A stretch of DNA of 64,000 bases. Source: Pseudomonadota bacterium (lineage in GTDB: Bacteria; Pseudomonadota; Gammaproteobacteria; Pseudomonadales; UBA5862). The notes under the pieces were generated by a model. That model saw only the letters and a program-made list of their open reading frames with translations, was not told the origin of the DNA and made no database searches. Positions 1 to 8,710 of this stretch are shown piece after piece. Numbering within the stretch: position 1 is the stretch's first letter; each line of letters opens with the position of its first letter. Where the stretch lies: NCBI GenBank assembly GCA_034189125.1, contig JAXHVB010000094.1:5590-69589 (forward strand). Reading direction: 5' to 3'. The position numbers were made by a program, and so were the translations under genes.

Positions 1-860
1 CGCATGTCGCTGACAAACCGGAGCCCTGGAATCTGTTCGAGCTGTTCGACCTCGCCGACATCACCAGTGAACAGCAAAATGTCTTCTGCGCGTATCACCT
101 CCGTGGGCGCCACCGGCGAAATCAGCTGGTTGTCCCGATAGATCTCGACCAGGAACAGGGTTCGAAGCGCTCGCAACTGGTTCTCTTCGATGGTGCGGCC
201 AACCAACGGAGAACCGCGCTCAACCTGGGTTTCAAGAAAATACTCGCGGCTGCTGCGCTCCCCACGTGGATACTCCGGAAGCACCCGGTCTCCCAACACG
301 ACCATAACCAGCAGCCCAACGGCGGTGGCGGCGACCCCGACCGGCAGGAAATCAAAAAATCCGAGCGATGGCAGCCCCGCACCCAACACAAAGCTGTTGA
401 CGATGAGGTTTGTCGAAGTGCCAACCAAGGTGACTGTGCCGCCCAAAATGGCTGCATACGACAGCGGTATCAACAACTTCGAAGGCAGGAATTGCTTGCT
501 GACGTTGATGCGCCCCATCAGGGACGCAACCACCGCGGTGTTGCTTAAAAAAGCCGAAAGCAACGCGGTGAATAGCCCAAGGCGACTGAGGGTTCCTTGG
601 TACTTTAACCCCAGAATCCGTTGACCAACCCATTCAACGAACAGGGTCTTTTCCAAAACTGGGGAAAGCACCAGCAACAGCACCAGGCTGACCAAGGCCG
701 GGTTGGTGAAGTGCCCGAGCACATCCTCCATCTCGATCTGCCCGGTGAGGACAAACAACAGCAGGGCACCTGGAAACACCGCCTTGGGCTCGAGCCGTCC
801 GCTGACAAGCGCAGCCAAAACCGCCAAGAGCACCAAACTGACAAATAGTGCCGAACTCAC
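1..860 (-). CDS. SLC13/DASS-family anion permease with TrkA-C (RCK_C) insert; N-terminal 286 codons only, gene runs off the window start
   Basis: Absent from the ORF track because it has a GTG start (860-858) and no stop in the window. My translation reads VSSALFVSLVLLAVLAALVSG... through ...ISPVAPTEVIRAEDILLFTGDVGEVEQLEQIPGLRFVSDM. That is TM helices followed by a TrkA-C-like soluble segment, the same architecture as 52904-54703. Confidence 0.7.
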   Translation of the reverse strand, partial: MSSALFVSLVLLAVLAALVSGRLEPKAVFPGALLLFVLTGQIEMEDVLGHFTNPALVSLVLLLVLSPVLEKTLFVEWVGQRILGLKYQGTLSRLGLFTALLSAFLSNTAVVASLMGRINVSKQFLPSKLLIPLSYAAILGGTVTLVGTSTNLIVNSFVLGAGLPSLGFFDFLPVGVAATAVGLLVMVVLGDRVLPEYPRGERSSREYFLETQVERGSPLVGRTIEENQLRALRTLFLVEIYRDNQLISPVAPTEVIRAEDILLFTGDVGEVEQLEQIPGLRFVSDM

Positions 861-1041
861 ATGGGCTCCCAAGACCTGCCGCTGCTGGCGTGTGCGCCAT
901 CCGACGCAGCCCGAACCTTCCTCCGCCGGGCCGCGGAAATATAGCACAGCGACCGGATCACCCGACGCGACCACCGCCTCGGATTGACCAGTGCGCCCAT
1001 CCGGCTTGTATACTCGTCCAGCGAGTGTCCCGGACTGCTTC

Positions 1042-1629
1042 ATGCGCGTTGCTGACACCGAGTCGAGCTACAGCCCCATCAGCCGTACACTTCACTGGGT
1101 GATCGCGGTCCTTGCGCTGTTCCTGTTCGGTCTCGGCCTCTACATGCGGGACCTCGGTTACTACGACCCCAACTACCAGCGCCTGCCAGCGCTTCACAAG
1201 AGCATCGGTCTTGGCCTGATGTTGGTGTTTGTCCTGCGCCTGGCGTGGCGCCTCATCGTCCGCGGGCCCCGCCCACTCGCATCGCTTTCCGCATGGGAGC
1301 GGGTCGGGGCAACCTGGATGCATTTGCTCCTGCTGTGGTTGTTGGCGGGGCTGTTGGCCAGCGGCTACCTGCTGGCCACTGGGGATGGCCGCCCTGCCAG
1401 CGCATTCGGCATCGACGTGCTGCCAGCAATTTTTTCCCTCAGCACCAGCGCCCAGGCCTGGGCAGGCCAGGTGCACTTGGCCCTCGCCTATGCGCTTGTA
1501 GGCTGCACAGGGTTACACGCGATCGCCGCCTTCAAACACCACCTGGTGGACGGCGACGTCACGCTCAAGCGCATGACCTGGAATCCACCGCACCCGGATC
1601 AATCCCCACCAGAGGAATCCAAACCATGA
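1042..1629 (+). CDS. cybB: cytochrome b561 family protein
   Basis: Internal ATG of track ORF 991-1629 gives MRVADTESSYSPISRTLHWVIAVLALFLFGLGLYM.... It has four hydrophobic helices with conserved His residues. The stop overlaps the next start (ATGA at 1626-1629). Confidence 0.85.
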   Translation: MRVADTESSYSPISRTLHWVIAVLALFLFGLGLYMRDLGYYDPNYQRLPALHKSIGLGLMLVFVLRLAWRLIVRGPRPLASLSAWERVGATWMHLLLLWLLAGLLASGYLLATGDGRPASAFGIDVLPAIFSLSTSAQAWAGQVHLALAYALVGCTGLHAIAAFKHHLVDGDVTLKRMTWNPPHPDQSPPEESKP

Positions 1630-2213
1630 GCCACGCCCGAATGCTGACTGCAGCGCTGTTCTGTTTCACCTGCACCGGAGCCACACTGAGCGCGCCAGCG
1701 CAGGCAGCGAACTACCAAATTGACCGCAAGGGCATGCACGCGTTCATCGAATTTCGCATTCAACACCTGGGATACAGCTGGCTGTACGGCCGTTTCAACG
1801 ACTTTAACGGCACGTTCAGTTGGGATCGAGGCGCCCCGGAAAAGAGCAAGGCGCAGGTGACCATCCAGACTTCAAGTGTCGACACCAACCACACTGAACG
1901 AGACAACCACCTGCGGGGGGATGATTTTCTCAACAGCAAGAAACATCCGCAGGCAACCTTCGCAAGCCAGCGCGCCACCCCGACCGAGGCGGGCTTTGTG
2001 CTGGAGGGTGAACTCAGCCTGAATGGGGTCGTCAGACCCGTTCGCATCCAAGTCCAACCGATCGGCGAGGGCCCTGATCCTTGGGGTGGCTACCGGGCCG
2101 GATTCATCGGCACCACCAAGCTGAAGCTGCGCGATTTCGGCATCGACTATGAACTCGGGCCGGCCTCGCGTGAGGTTGAACTGACCCTGTCGATCGAAGG
2201 TGTGCGACAGTAG
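1626..2213 (+). CDS. yceI: YceI family periplasmic polyisoprenoid-binding protein
   Basis: In-frame ATG inside track ORF 1245-2213. Signal peptide MSHARMLTAALFCFTCTGATLSAPAQA, then YceI-like motifs (IEFRIQHLGYSWLYGRF, HTERDNHLRGDDFL). This is the classic cybB-yceI pair. Confidence 0.9.
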   Translation: MSHARMLTAALFCFTCTGATLSAPAQAANYQIDRKGMHAFIEFRIQHLGYSWLYGRFNDFNGTFSWDRGAPEKSKAQVTIQTSSVDTNHTERDNHLRGDDFLNSKKHPQATFASQRATPTEAGFVLEGELSLNGVVRPVRIQVQPIGEGPDPWGGYRAGFIGTTKLKLRDFGIDYELGPASREVELTLSIEGVRQ

Positions 2214-2232
2214 ACCGGGTTCGGTACCGCGA

Positions 2233-3279
2233 TCAAGCCACGGCAATCTTCGGATCTGCGTAGACGTCCTGTATGGCATTCAGCAGCCCGATGCCCTCAG
2301 CCATCGGGCGCTGGAAGGCTTTACGGCCACTGATCAAGCCCATACCGCCGGCACGCTTGTTGATGACTGCGGTGCGCACTGCCTGCTGGAGATCGTGTTG
2401 GCCTGAGGCGCCTCCGGAATTGATCAGTCCGATGCGTCCCATGTAACAGTTCGCAACCTGGTACCGGACCAGATCGATCGGGTGGTCGCTGGTCAGGGTG
2501 TCATACACCTTCGCGTGGGTCTTGCCAAATTGGAGCGCGCTGAACCCCCCATTGTTGGTGGCCATTTTCTGCTTGACGATGTCGGCACCGACGGTCGCGG
2601 CCAAGTGGTTGGCCTGTCCCGTGAGGTCGGCCGCGGTGTGGTAGTCGACCGAGTCCACTTTGAACGCGCTGTTGCGCAAGTATGCCCAGAGCACCGTCGC
2701 CATGCCCAGTTCATGCGCAGCCGCAAAGGCAGCACCCACTTCCTGGATTTGTCGCCGCGACTCGGGGGAGCCAAAGTAGATGGTTGCTCCGACCGCGACT
2801 GCCCCCATATCAAAGGCTTGACGCACCGAGGCAAACGGGGTCTGGTCATGCATTTCCGGATAAGTGAGCAGTTCATTGTGGTTGAGCTTGACCAGAAACG
2901 GGATGCGGTGCGCATGGCGCCTCGCCACCGAGGCCAGGACGCCATAGGTCGAGGCGACTGCGCTGCAACCCCCCTCGATCGCAAGCTCGACAATTCGCTC
3001 CGGATCGAAGTAGAGCGGGTTCGGCGCAAAAGATGCACCCGCCGAATGCTCCACCCCCTGGTCCACCGGCAAGATGGACAGGTATCCAGTGCCGGCGAGG
3101 CGCCCATGATTGAACAGCTGCTGCAAGCTGCGCAGCACCGGCACCGGACGCGCTGAGGCCGCCATGACACGGTCGATAAAGTCCGGCCCCGGCAACTGCA
3201 ACAGCTCCTTCGGAACGCCAACGCACTGGTGTTCCAGCAACGACTCCAACTCTTCGCCCAACAATTGCTCAATGTCCAT
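2233..3279 (-). CDS. fbaB: class I fructose-bisphosphate aldolase (FbaB/DhnA type)
   Basis: Colinear with E. coli FbaB as I recall it ([78 protein letters not shown]). Start set at MDIEQLLG (3279), with an alternative ATG at 3294. The 459-aa track ORF is a stop-free 5' extension. Confidence 0.93.
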   Translation of the reverse strand: MDIEQLLGEELESLLEHQCVGVPKELLQLPGPDFIDRVMAASARPVPVLRSLQQLFNHGRLAGTGYLSILPVDQGVEHSAGASFAPNPLYFDPERIVELAIEGGCSAVASTYGVLASVARRHAHRIPFLVKLNHNELLTYPEMHDQTPFASVRQAFDMGAVAVGATIYFGSPESRRQIQEVGAAFAAAHELGMATVLWAYLRNSAFKVDSVDYHTAADLTGQANHLAATVGADIVKQKMATNNGGFSALQFGKTHAKVYDTLTSDHPIDLVRYQVANCYMGRIGLINSGGASGQHDLQQAVRTAVINKRAGGMGLISGRKAFQRPMAEGIGLLNAIQDVYADPKIAVA

Positions 3280-3469
3280 CGTATGCCGCTCCATCGTCTG
3301 GTTGTGAATAAGAAGCGCTGTCGCCATTCTACGCTCCCGTCCCGTCAGGCGCAGTCGGTTTGCGTGAAACTCCCGTGCGGCCCGGCAGTCAACACCGGGA
3401 GCGCGCAGCTGCGGGCTGTAGCGGACATCCGATGCCCCATCCACCTGCCAAAACCAACGGAGACCCAAC

Positions 3470-4003
3470 ATGCGCACACACTCCCGCTTGATCCAACTGA
3501 TGGCGATTGCCGCAATCGCCGGCCCTGTGCCGGCAGCCGAACCGGTCAACATCACCATGCACCGCGTGGACTCTGAGGCAGTCCGCCACGCCATCGGCAC
3601 CATCCGCGCCACATCGACGCCCTATGGCGTCGTGTTTGAGCCAGATCTCTCCGGCCTGCCTGCTGGTATCCATGGCTTTCACATGCACCAAAATCCGAAC
3701 TGCGATCCCGGCGAGAAAGGTGGCAAAAAGGTCGCAGCACTCAAGGCCGGCGGGCACTTCGACCCCGATCACACGGGCACCCACCAAGGACCCTATGGCA
3801 ACGGCCATCTGGGCGACCTTCCGGCACTGACGGTTGCCGCGGACGGCGTGGCCTCGCTGCCGGTACTCGCGCCGCGGCTTCGCTTGCTCGATCTCGCGAA
3901 CCGGTCCTTGGTGGTCCACCAAGGTGCGGACAATTACTCCGATCAACCGAGCCTTGGCGGTGGAGGGGCCCGAATCGCTTGCGGTGTGGTGCCAAGGCAA
4001 TAG
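3470..4003 (+). CDS. sodC: periplasmic Cu/Zn superoxide dismutase
   Basis: Signal peptide followed by [23 protein letters not shown] and [12 protein letters not shown] motifs. Confidence 0.93.
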   Translation: MRTHSRLIQLMAIAAIAGPVPAAEPVNITMHRVDSEAVRHAIGTIRATSTPYGVVFEPDLSGLPAGIHGFHMHQNPNCDPGEKGGKKVAALKAGGHFDPDHTGTHQGPYGNGHLGDLPALTVAADGVASLPVLAPRLRLLDLANRSLVVHQGADNYSDQPSLGGGGARIACGVVPRQ

Positions 4004-4056
4004 CCGATGGGCTCCCGTAACCGGCCACGCCGACGGCGCGGTGATCGGTTTTTTTC
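4002..4056 (+). terminator. putative intrinsic terminator after sodC
   Basis: Outer stem AGCCGAT/ATCGGTT (4002-4008 / 4044-4050, one G:U) encloses a GC-rich structured loop and runs into a T7 tract (4049-4055). Confidence 0.5.
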
Positions 4057-4156
4057 GCCAAGACTATAGTCGGGGGCTTCGGATCAGGTTAGGATGCGAG
4101 GCAGGCGTGCCCATCGGCACGTCGATGACCGAGAAACGAAGCAAGAGGAGTACGGT

Positions 4157-4366
4157 GTGTCCCTGGTGAATGGAACCGTTAAGTGGTTCAACGATGAGAA
4201 GGGCTACGGCTTTATCGCCCAAGAGGGTGGCAAAGACGTGTTTGTACATTTTAGTGCGATCAACGGCAGCGGACGCAGAAGCCTGCGCGAAGGCCAGCAA
4301 GTGACCATGGAAGTCACCCAAGGTCAAAAGGGCCCGCAAGCCGAGAACGTCACCCCGATCGACTGA
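4157..4366 (+). CDS. cold-shock (CspA family) DNA/RNA-binding protein
   Basis: [15 protein letters not shown] (RNP1) and DVFVHFSAI (RNP2). GTG start at 4157 lies 6 nt after AGAGGAG (4144-4150). The upstream part of track ORF 4094-4366 is an extension. Confidence 0.9.
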   Translation: MSLVNGTVKWFNDEKGYGFIAQEGGKDVFVHFSAINGSGRRSLREGQQVTMEVTQGQKGPQAENVTPID

Positions 4367-4773
4367 TCCCGCACCCTGACCGACCGCCTTTCCAGGCGTC
4401 CCTACCCCGCAGCGAACTCCGATGACCTAGCCAGCTTAGCCCCAGGCCATTCGTGCCCATCAGGCAATGCGCGTTCCGGCGCTGGCTGGATCCGTTGACC
4501 CCAGCGAGTCGCCGCAAGGCGAGGTGTTGCTGTTGCGCGACCTGGCCGTCCGGCACACCCAGCTGGAGCAGAGCTTGCGCGCTGGGCGCACCTCGCTTTG
4601 CATTTGCGACGGCGAATGGTTCCATCGCGACCTGAAGAGGCCTGCCGGCCCATTGGGACGGCAGGCGTTCGCACGCCCAGGCTCCAGACGGACCGGCCGA
4701 ATGCTCCGATGACTTTGCATGAATCGGCCAAGGCATTGGGCAGCGCCTTGCCACCGCTACCACACCCCAACAG

Positions 4774-4811
4774 TCTTGGGAGCCGATCGGCGCCCGCAGC
4801 GGCTCCCAAGA
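4774..4811. repeat. perfect 11-bp inverted repeat (12 bp with flanking T:A), 14-nt loop
   Basis: CTTGGGAGCCG (4775-4785) and CGGCTCCCAAG (4800-4810). There is no U-tract on either strand. It lies in the unassigned csp/tRNA-Phe spacer. Confidence 0.6.
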
Positions 4812-4942
4812 TGCACGCTTTCGAGCTTTGACACTCCAATACCGGACAGGACACTGGCCGTCCCGCTCGGTTGAGGCCGGATCCGGTCAATTGACAAGGG
4901 TTGGGTGGGGGTACATCCGACAACGACAGGGCCGCTGCGCTG

Positions 4943-5018
4943 TGGTGCCCAGGGGCGGAATCGAACCACCGACACGAGGATTTTCAGTCCACTGCTCTAC
5001 CGACTGAGCTACCTGGGC
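4943..5018 (-). tRNA. tRNA-Phe: tRNA-Phe (GAA), CCA encoded
   Basis: Reverse complement is GCCCAGGTAGCTCAGTCGGTAGAGCAGTGGACTGAAAATCCTCGTGTCGGTGGTTCGATTCCGCCCCTGGGCACCA (76 nt). It has a cloverleaf fold and a CTGAAAA anticodon loop, and is close to E. coli tRNA-Phe. Confidence 0.97.
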
Positions 5019-5114
5019 CAAACGCGAGGGCGGCATTAAACCGCCTGACCAAGCATGAGTCAAGCAGTGTCGCCACCAACACCCAGCCCATCAGGGAGTG
5101 GTGGCGGCCTGGAA

Positions 5115-5384
5115 TCAAGAGGAAGGACGGTACCCTTCCGCTTGCGCAAAGTTCTCGTCGTTGAAGAATTTTTCCATCTCTTGCTGCAAGAAAGCCCGGT
5201 CTGATGGGTCCATCAACCGCAACCGCCGCTCGTTGATGAGGCGCGTCTGATGCAACTGCCACTCCTCCCAGGCCTGGCGGGACACGCGCTCGTAGATGTC
5301 TTCCCCCTTCGGGCCCGGAAACGGTGGCGCCTCCAGCCCGGCCAGCTCCCGTTTGTATTTTCGACAGAATACCGTTCGCGTCAT
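5115..5384 (-). CDS. yggX: oxidative damage protection / Fe(2+)-trafficking protein YggX
   Basis: [32 protein letters not shown]...[10 protein letters not shown]. It sits directly downstream of mutY, as in enterobacteria. Confidence 0.92.
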   Translation of the reverse strand: MTRTVFCRKYKRELAGLEAPPFPGPKGEDIYERVSRQAWEEWQLHQTRLINERRLRLMDPSDRAFLQQEMEKFFNDENFAQAEGYRPSS

Positions 5385-5401
5385 GGGCAGGGTTCCTCTG
5401 T

Positions 5402-6460
5402 TCAGTCCCTAGGCTGCAGCTGATCGAGCACGCGGCGCATGGCCGCTGGCAAACCCACAGCGGGCGGCGAGAGCGGATCGTACCAGCGCCCACCCATCTG
5501 ACCATCCAACCGAGCGAGGCTGTTTTCATCAGCTAGACAAAGCCGGTGTACATGGATGTCGAGCCGCCGGTGAGTGAGCAAATGCGAAAACCTACCCAAC
5601 TGCCGGAGTTCACCCTGGGTGGCCCCAAGCGCGTCCTGCAGGGCATCACTGGAAGCTGCCTGAGGGAAGGTCCAGAGCCCGCCCCAAATGCCGGGCTGAG
5701 GCCGCTGCTCGAGCAGCACAGCACCACGTGCATCGCGAATGACGGCCCAGTGAACCTCAACCTGCGGAACCACCCGCCGGGGTCTCGGAGCCGGAAACTG
5801 GTCAGCTTGCCCGCTTTGGTGTGCGGCGCAGTCTACAGCGATCGGGCAATCTGCGCACCGCGGGTTGCCACGAACGCAGACTGCGGCGCCAAGATCCATC
5901 ATCGCCTGGGTGTATTCGTCAAACCTGTTCTCAGGTGTTTCTTGCTCCGCCGCACTCCAAAGCGCCCGAGCTGTGGCGCTGCGCCCCGGCCACCCTGGGA
6001 TGGCGTGGTACCGGGCCAGCACCCGTTTGGCGTTGCCGTCGAGGATCGGCGCACGAACGCCACAGGCGATGCTCAGGATGGCACCGGCAGTGGAGCGGCC
6101 AATGCCTGGCAGCGCCATCAGCCCATCCAGGCTGTGGGGCAGCTCCCTGACCCCGGCAGCGACCAGCTCTCCAGCCGCCCGGTGCAGGTTGCGCGCGCGG
6201 GAGTAGTACCCAAGCCCGGTCCAAAGGTGGAGCACCTGGTCTTCAGTCGCGCCAGCCAGGGCTTCCAGGCTGGAGAACGCTGCCATGAAGCGCTCGAAAT
6301 AGGGCACCACAGTTTCCACCCGAGTCTGTTGGAGCATGGTTTCGGACACCCACACCCGGAAAGGGGTGATGTTCCGCCGCCACGGCAGATGCTCGCGCCC
6401 GCTTATCTGGTACCAGGTCAGCAAGCGTGGTGCGATCGGCGCGCGGTGCGCCGCGCTCAC
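5402..6460 (-). CDS. mutY: A/G-specific adenine DNA glycosylase
   Basis: [22 protein letters not shown], Hh[18 protein letters not shown], and Fe-S cluster loop [20 protein letters not shown] start at 6460 forms a GTGA overlap with the asmA stop. The track ORF to 6583 is an extension. Confidence 0.9.
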   Translation of the reverse strand: MSAAHRAPIAPRLLTWYQISGREHLPWRRNITPFRVWVSETMLQQTRVETVVPYFERFMAAFSSLEALAGATEDQVLHLWTGLGYYSRARNLHRAAGELVAAGVRELPHSLDGLMALPGIGRSTAGAILSIACGVRAPILDGNAKRVLARYHAIPGWPGRSATARALWSAAEQETPENRFDEYTQAMMDLGAAVCVRGNPRCADCPIAVDCAAHQSGQADQFPAPRPRRVVPQVEVHWAVIRDARGAVLLEQRPQPGIWGGLWTFPQAASSDALQDALGATQGELRQLGRFSHLLTHRRLDIHVHRLCLADENSLARLDGQMGGRWYDPLSPPAVGLPAAMRRVLDQLQPRD

Positions 6461-8580
6461 CGCAACCACTGCTGCAGACGATCGCGCAGGTCGTTGGGCA
6501 GCACGCCCTCCAATTCGCGCCCCAACTTGCGCACCGCTTCCTCGCCTGTCATTTGCAACAGCCGCTCGGTGTCGATTCCGCACAGCTGTGCAGGCGGATC
6601 AGAGAAACTCCCCTGGCACCGCAATGGCCAGCGAATCTCGCGAAGCCGCTCGGAAGTCGCGCACTGCTTCGATTCACTGTCTCCCGTGACCCGCACGCCA
6701 ATGCGGTAATCAAACCGTTCTCTGGGAAGGTCCACGAACCCGGTACCACTGACGCTCAGCCCACCACCGGAGAGGCTGAAGTTGTCGGTGGTGCCCACCC
6801 CGTCGCTGAACACCAGGGAGGCCCGCAGGGTTTCAAAGGCTGTGTAGGGGGGCCAATTCCTATCGGGCGGAACATCCTCGTTCCGCAGCGCAGCGACACC
6901 TTTGCAGACCTGCTCCATCACATTCACTCCGAGGACAGCACCATCGGACACCGCAACGCTGACCGGCCCATCCAGCGTTGTAAGAATTTCTGCGAAGTCC
7001 CGGCCTTGGGCCGCAAGCGCACCTTCCGCCGAAAGCACACCGCGAAACAGCCGCCGTTCGATCAAATCAGCGAGCAGGCGCTCGAGTTGTACTTCATCCA
7101 AAAGAACCCTCGCTTCAGCGCTGACCTGCTCCGCCTGCAGTTTTAGGCCGGCCGTGCCACTGAACCGACCTGCATACAGTTCGGCCTCGGCGGACTCCAT
7201 TCGCACCCTGCCATCCTCCCCCCGCAGGTGCAGGCTGACATTGGTTGCGGTCAAACCACTCGCTTTGACACGGCCCACTGTCACCCGCCCGTCGGCCGAA
7301 ACCAGCGCCAAGGGCGCCAGCGCAACCGCCAAAGGGCTCGGAGGAGGGCCAGATCCAGCCGCTTCGGACAGCGGCTCCGTGGGCGTCGCAACCACCTGGT
7401 AGTTGTCCAGGTCGATGGCATCGAGGTCCAGCTGAAACCGTAGTGCGGGCGAACCCTGTAGTGCGTAGGCGAGGCTCCCGGTCAATCGGCTCTCATCCAG
7501 CTCAACTTGGAGATCAGGCACCGCAACAGCCATCGGCGTCACCCTGAACCGAGCAGCAAGCGCCACGTGCTCAAGAGCCTCTGAGCCCGCGAGTTCAGGC
7601 AACTCCTGCGCCAGTCGACGGGCGAAGGCATGGGCATCAAAGGGTGCAATGGAAAGAGCACCACGCACGTCCAGCTCAGACCCGAGCTGCAGCGGCTGAA
7701 GCCTCAAGGTTGCAACCAGGTTTGCAACAGCCAGCTCGACGGGAGCGACCTCGATCCGCTGCTGCGCCAGCGCATAGTGTCCGGATGCGCTGGTGACCCG
7801 AGCCTCCACAGGAGCTGTGCCCGGACCCGTCAGCGCATCGGCTTTCAGGTTCCAGACCAGCTCTGAGAAATCAAACTGGTCGAGCGTGGGCGAGACCCGC
7901 AGCTGGGACCGCACCTCAGTGTTCAGCACCCGTTGGCCATCCGGTCGAACCCGCGCAATCAGCTCCAGCGCGAACCAATCACCCAACCGCAAACCCTCCA
8001 CCTGCAGCCGTTCGATTTCAGCGACCCAGTGGGTGGCGGTTTGGGCGTCACGGTAGTCGAGGCGCACGTCCTCGATGCGCACGCGACCAACGGCAAGCGC
8101 AAGCCCGGCTGCGCCCGCTGTTCCGCCCCTCACCGCCCCAGGATCGGGGTCCCGCTCAGGGGTGGACCCGCCGGCCTGCTGCACGGCAGCCTGCCAATTC
8201 GGCAGCCCCTCGCGGTCACGACGCAAATCGATGCGGCCACCTGAGAGCACCAGTGCATCCGCCTCCACTTCCCCGCGCACCAGCGGCCACACACGCACAC
8301 CGACCCGGGCATTCTCGACCGCGACGAGCGCAGGCGCATCTGGCGCGACGGCGAGGCGCACGTCATTGACTTCGAAACCAGCCACCGGATACAACGACCA
8401 CGAGAGATCACCTGCAAGATCGAGGTGGTAGCCGGTGCTCCGGGCAACGGCAGCGCTGATCTGCGGCTTGAAGCGGTTTGGATCCACCAACGAGATCAGC
8501 AGCACCACCGCCACCAGGCAAACCACCAGAACAAGCGCAATGACTTGAACGCTGCGCCACAAAATTCTTCCCATTGGCAT
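6457..8580 (-). CDS. asmA: AsmA family outer-membrane assembly protein
   Basis: N-terminal signal anchor (VIALVLVVCLVAVVLLISLV), then DPNRFKPQISAAV...LDLAGDLSWSLYP and a long repetitive beta-rich body. Length is 707 aa. Confidence 0.8.
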   Translation of the reverse strand: MPMGRILWRSVQVIALVLVVCLVAVVLLISLVDPNRFKPQISAAVARSTGYHLDLAGDLSWSLYPVAGFEVNDVRLAVAPDAPALVAVENARVGVRVWPLVRGEVEADALVLSGGRIDLRRDREGLPNWQAAVQQAGGSTPERDPDPGAVRGGTAGAAGLALAVGRVRIEDVRLDYRDAQTATHWVAEIERLQVEGLRLGDWFALELIARVRPDGQRVLNTEVRSQLRVSPTLDQFDFSELVWNLKADALTGPGTAPVEARVTSASGHYALAQQRIEVAPVELAVANLVATLRLQPLQLGSELDVRGALSIAPFDAHAFARRLAQELPELAGSEALEHVALAARFRVTPMAVAVPDLQVELDESRLTGSLAYALQGSPALRFQLDLDAIDLDNYQVVATPTEPLSEAAGSGPPPSPLAVALAPLALVSADGRVTVGRVKASGLTATNVSLHLRGEDGRVRMESAEAELYAGRFSGTAGLKLQAEQVSAEARVLLDEVQLERLLADLIERRLFRGVLSAEGALAAQGRDFAEILTTLDGPVSVAVSDGAVLGVNVMEQVCKGVAALRNEDVPPDRNWPPYTAFETLRASLVFSDGVGTTDNFSLSGGGLSVSGTGFVDLPRERFDYRIGVRVTGDSESKQCATSERLREIRWPLRCQGSFSDPPAQLCGIDTERLLQMTGEEAVRKLGRELEGVLPNDLRDRLQQWLR

Positions 8581-8710
8581 TGGTGCCCTCGCTTTGGCCT
8601 AGAATGAGTCAGGATATCAACGTCTCGTCGGATTGGGACAGCCTGCCCTGCGACAGGGTTCAGCAGTACCCAGGACACCAAAGACGCCACAACAGCAGGG
8701 CGGTTGAACT

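Noticed and set aside
2233-3612. Very long N-terminal extensions in the ORF track. Examples are fbaB at 459 aa, priA from 30513, pip to 46197, typA to 50358, mdh from 33097 and gltD to 13349.
   Set aside because: Homology begins far downstream. The extensions overlap neighbouring genes or promoters. Internal starts agree with known protein lengths, SD sequences or start/stop overlaps. They are stop-poor high-GC sequence, not real coding.
4367-5114. Possible genomic island or prophage remnant integrated at tRNA-Phe.
   Set aside because: No integrase, transposase or phage-like ORF lies on either side. By eye I found no duplicated copy of the tRNA 3' segment. Only the short unexplained tract remains, and it is reported separately at modest interest.
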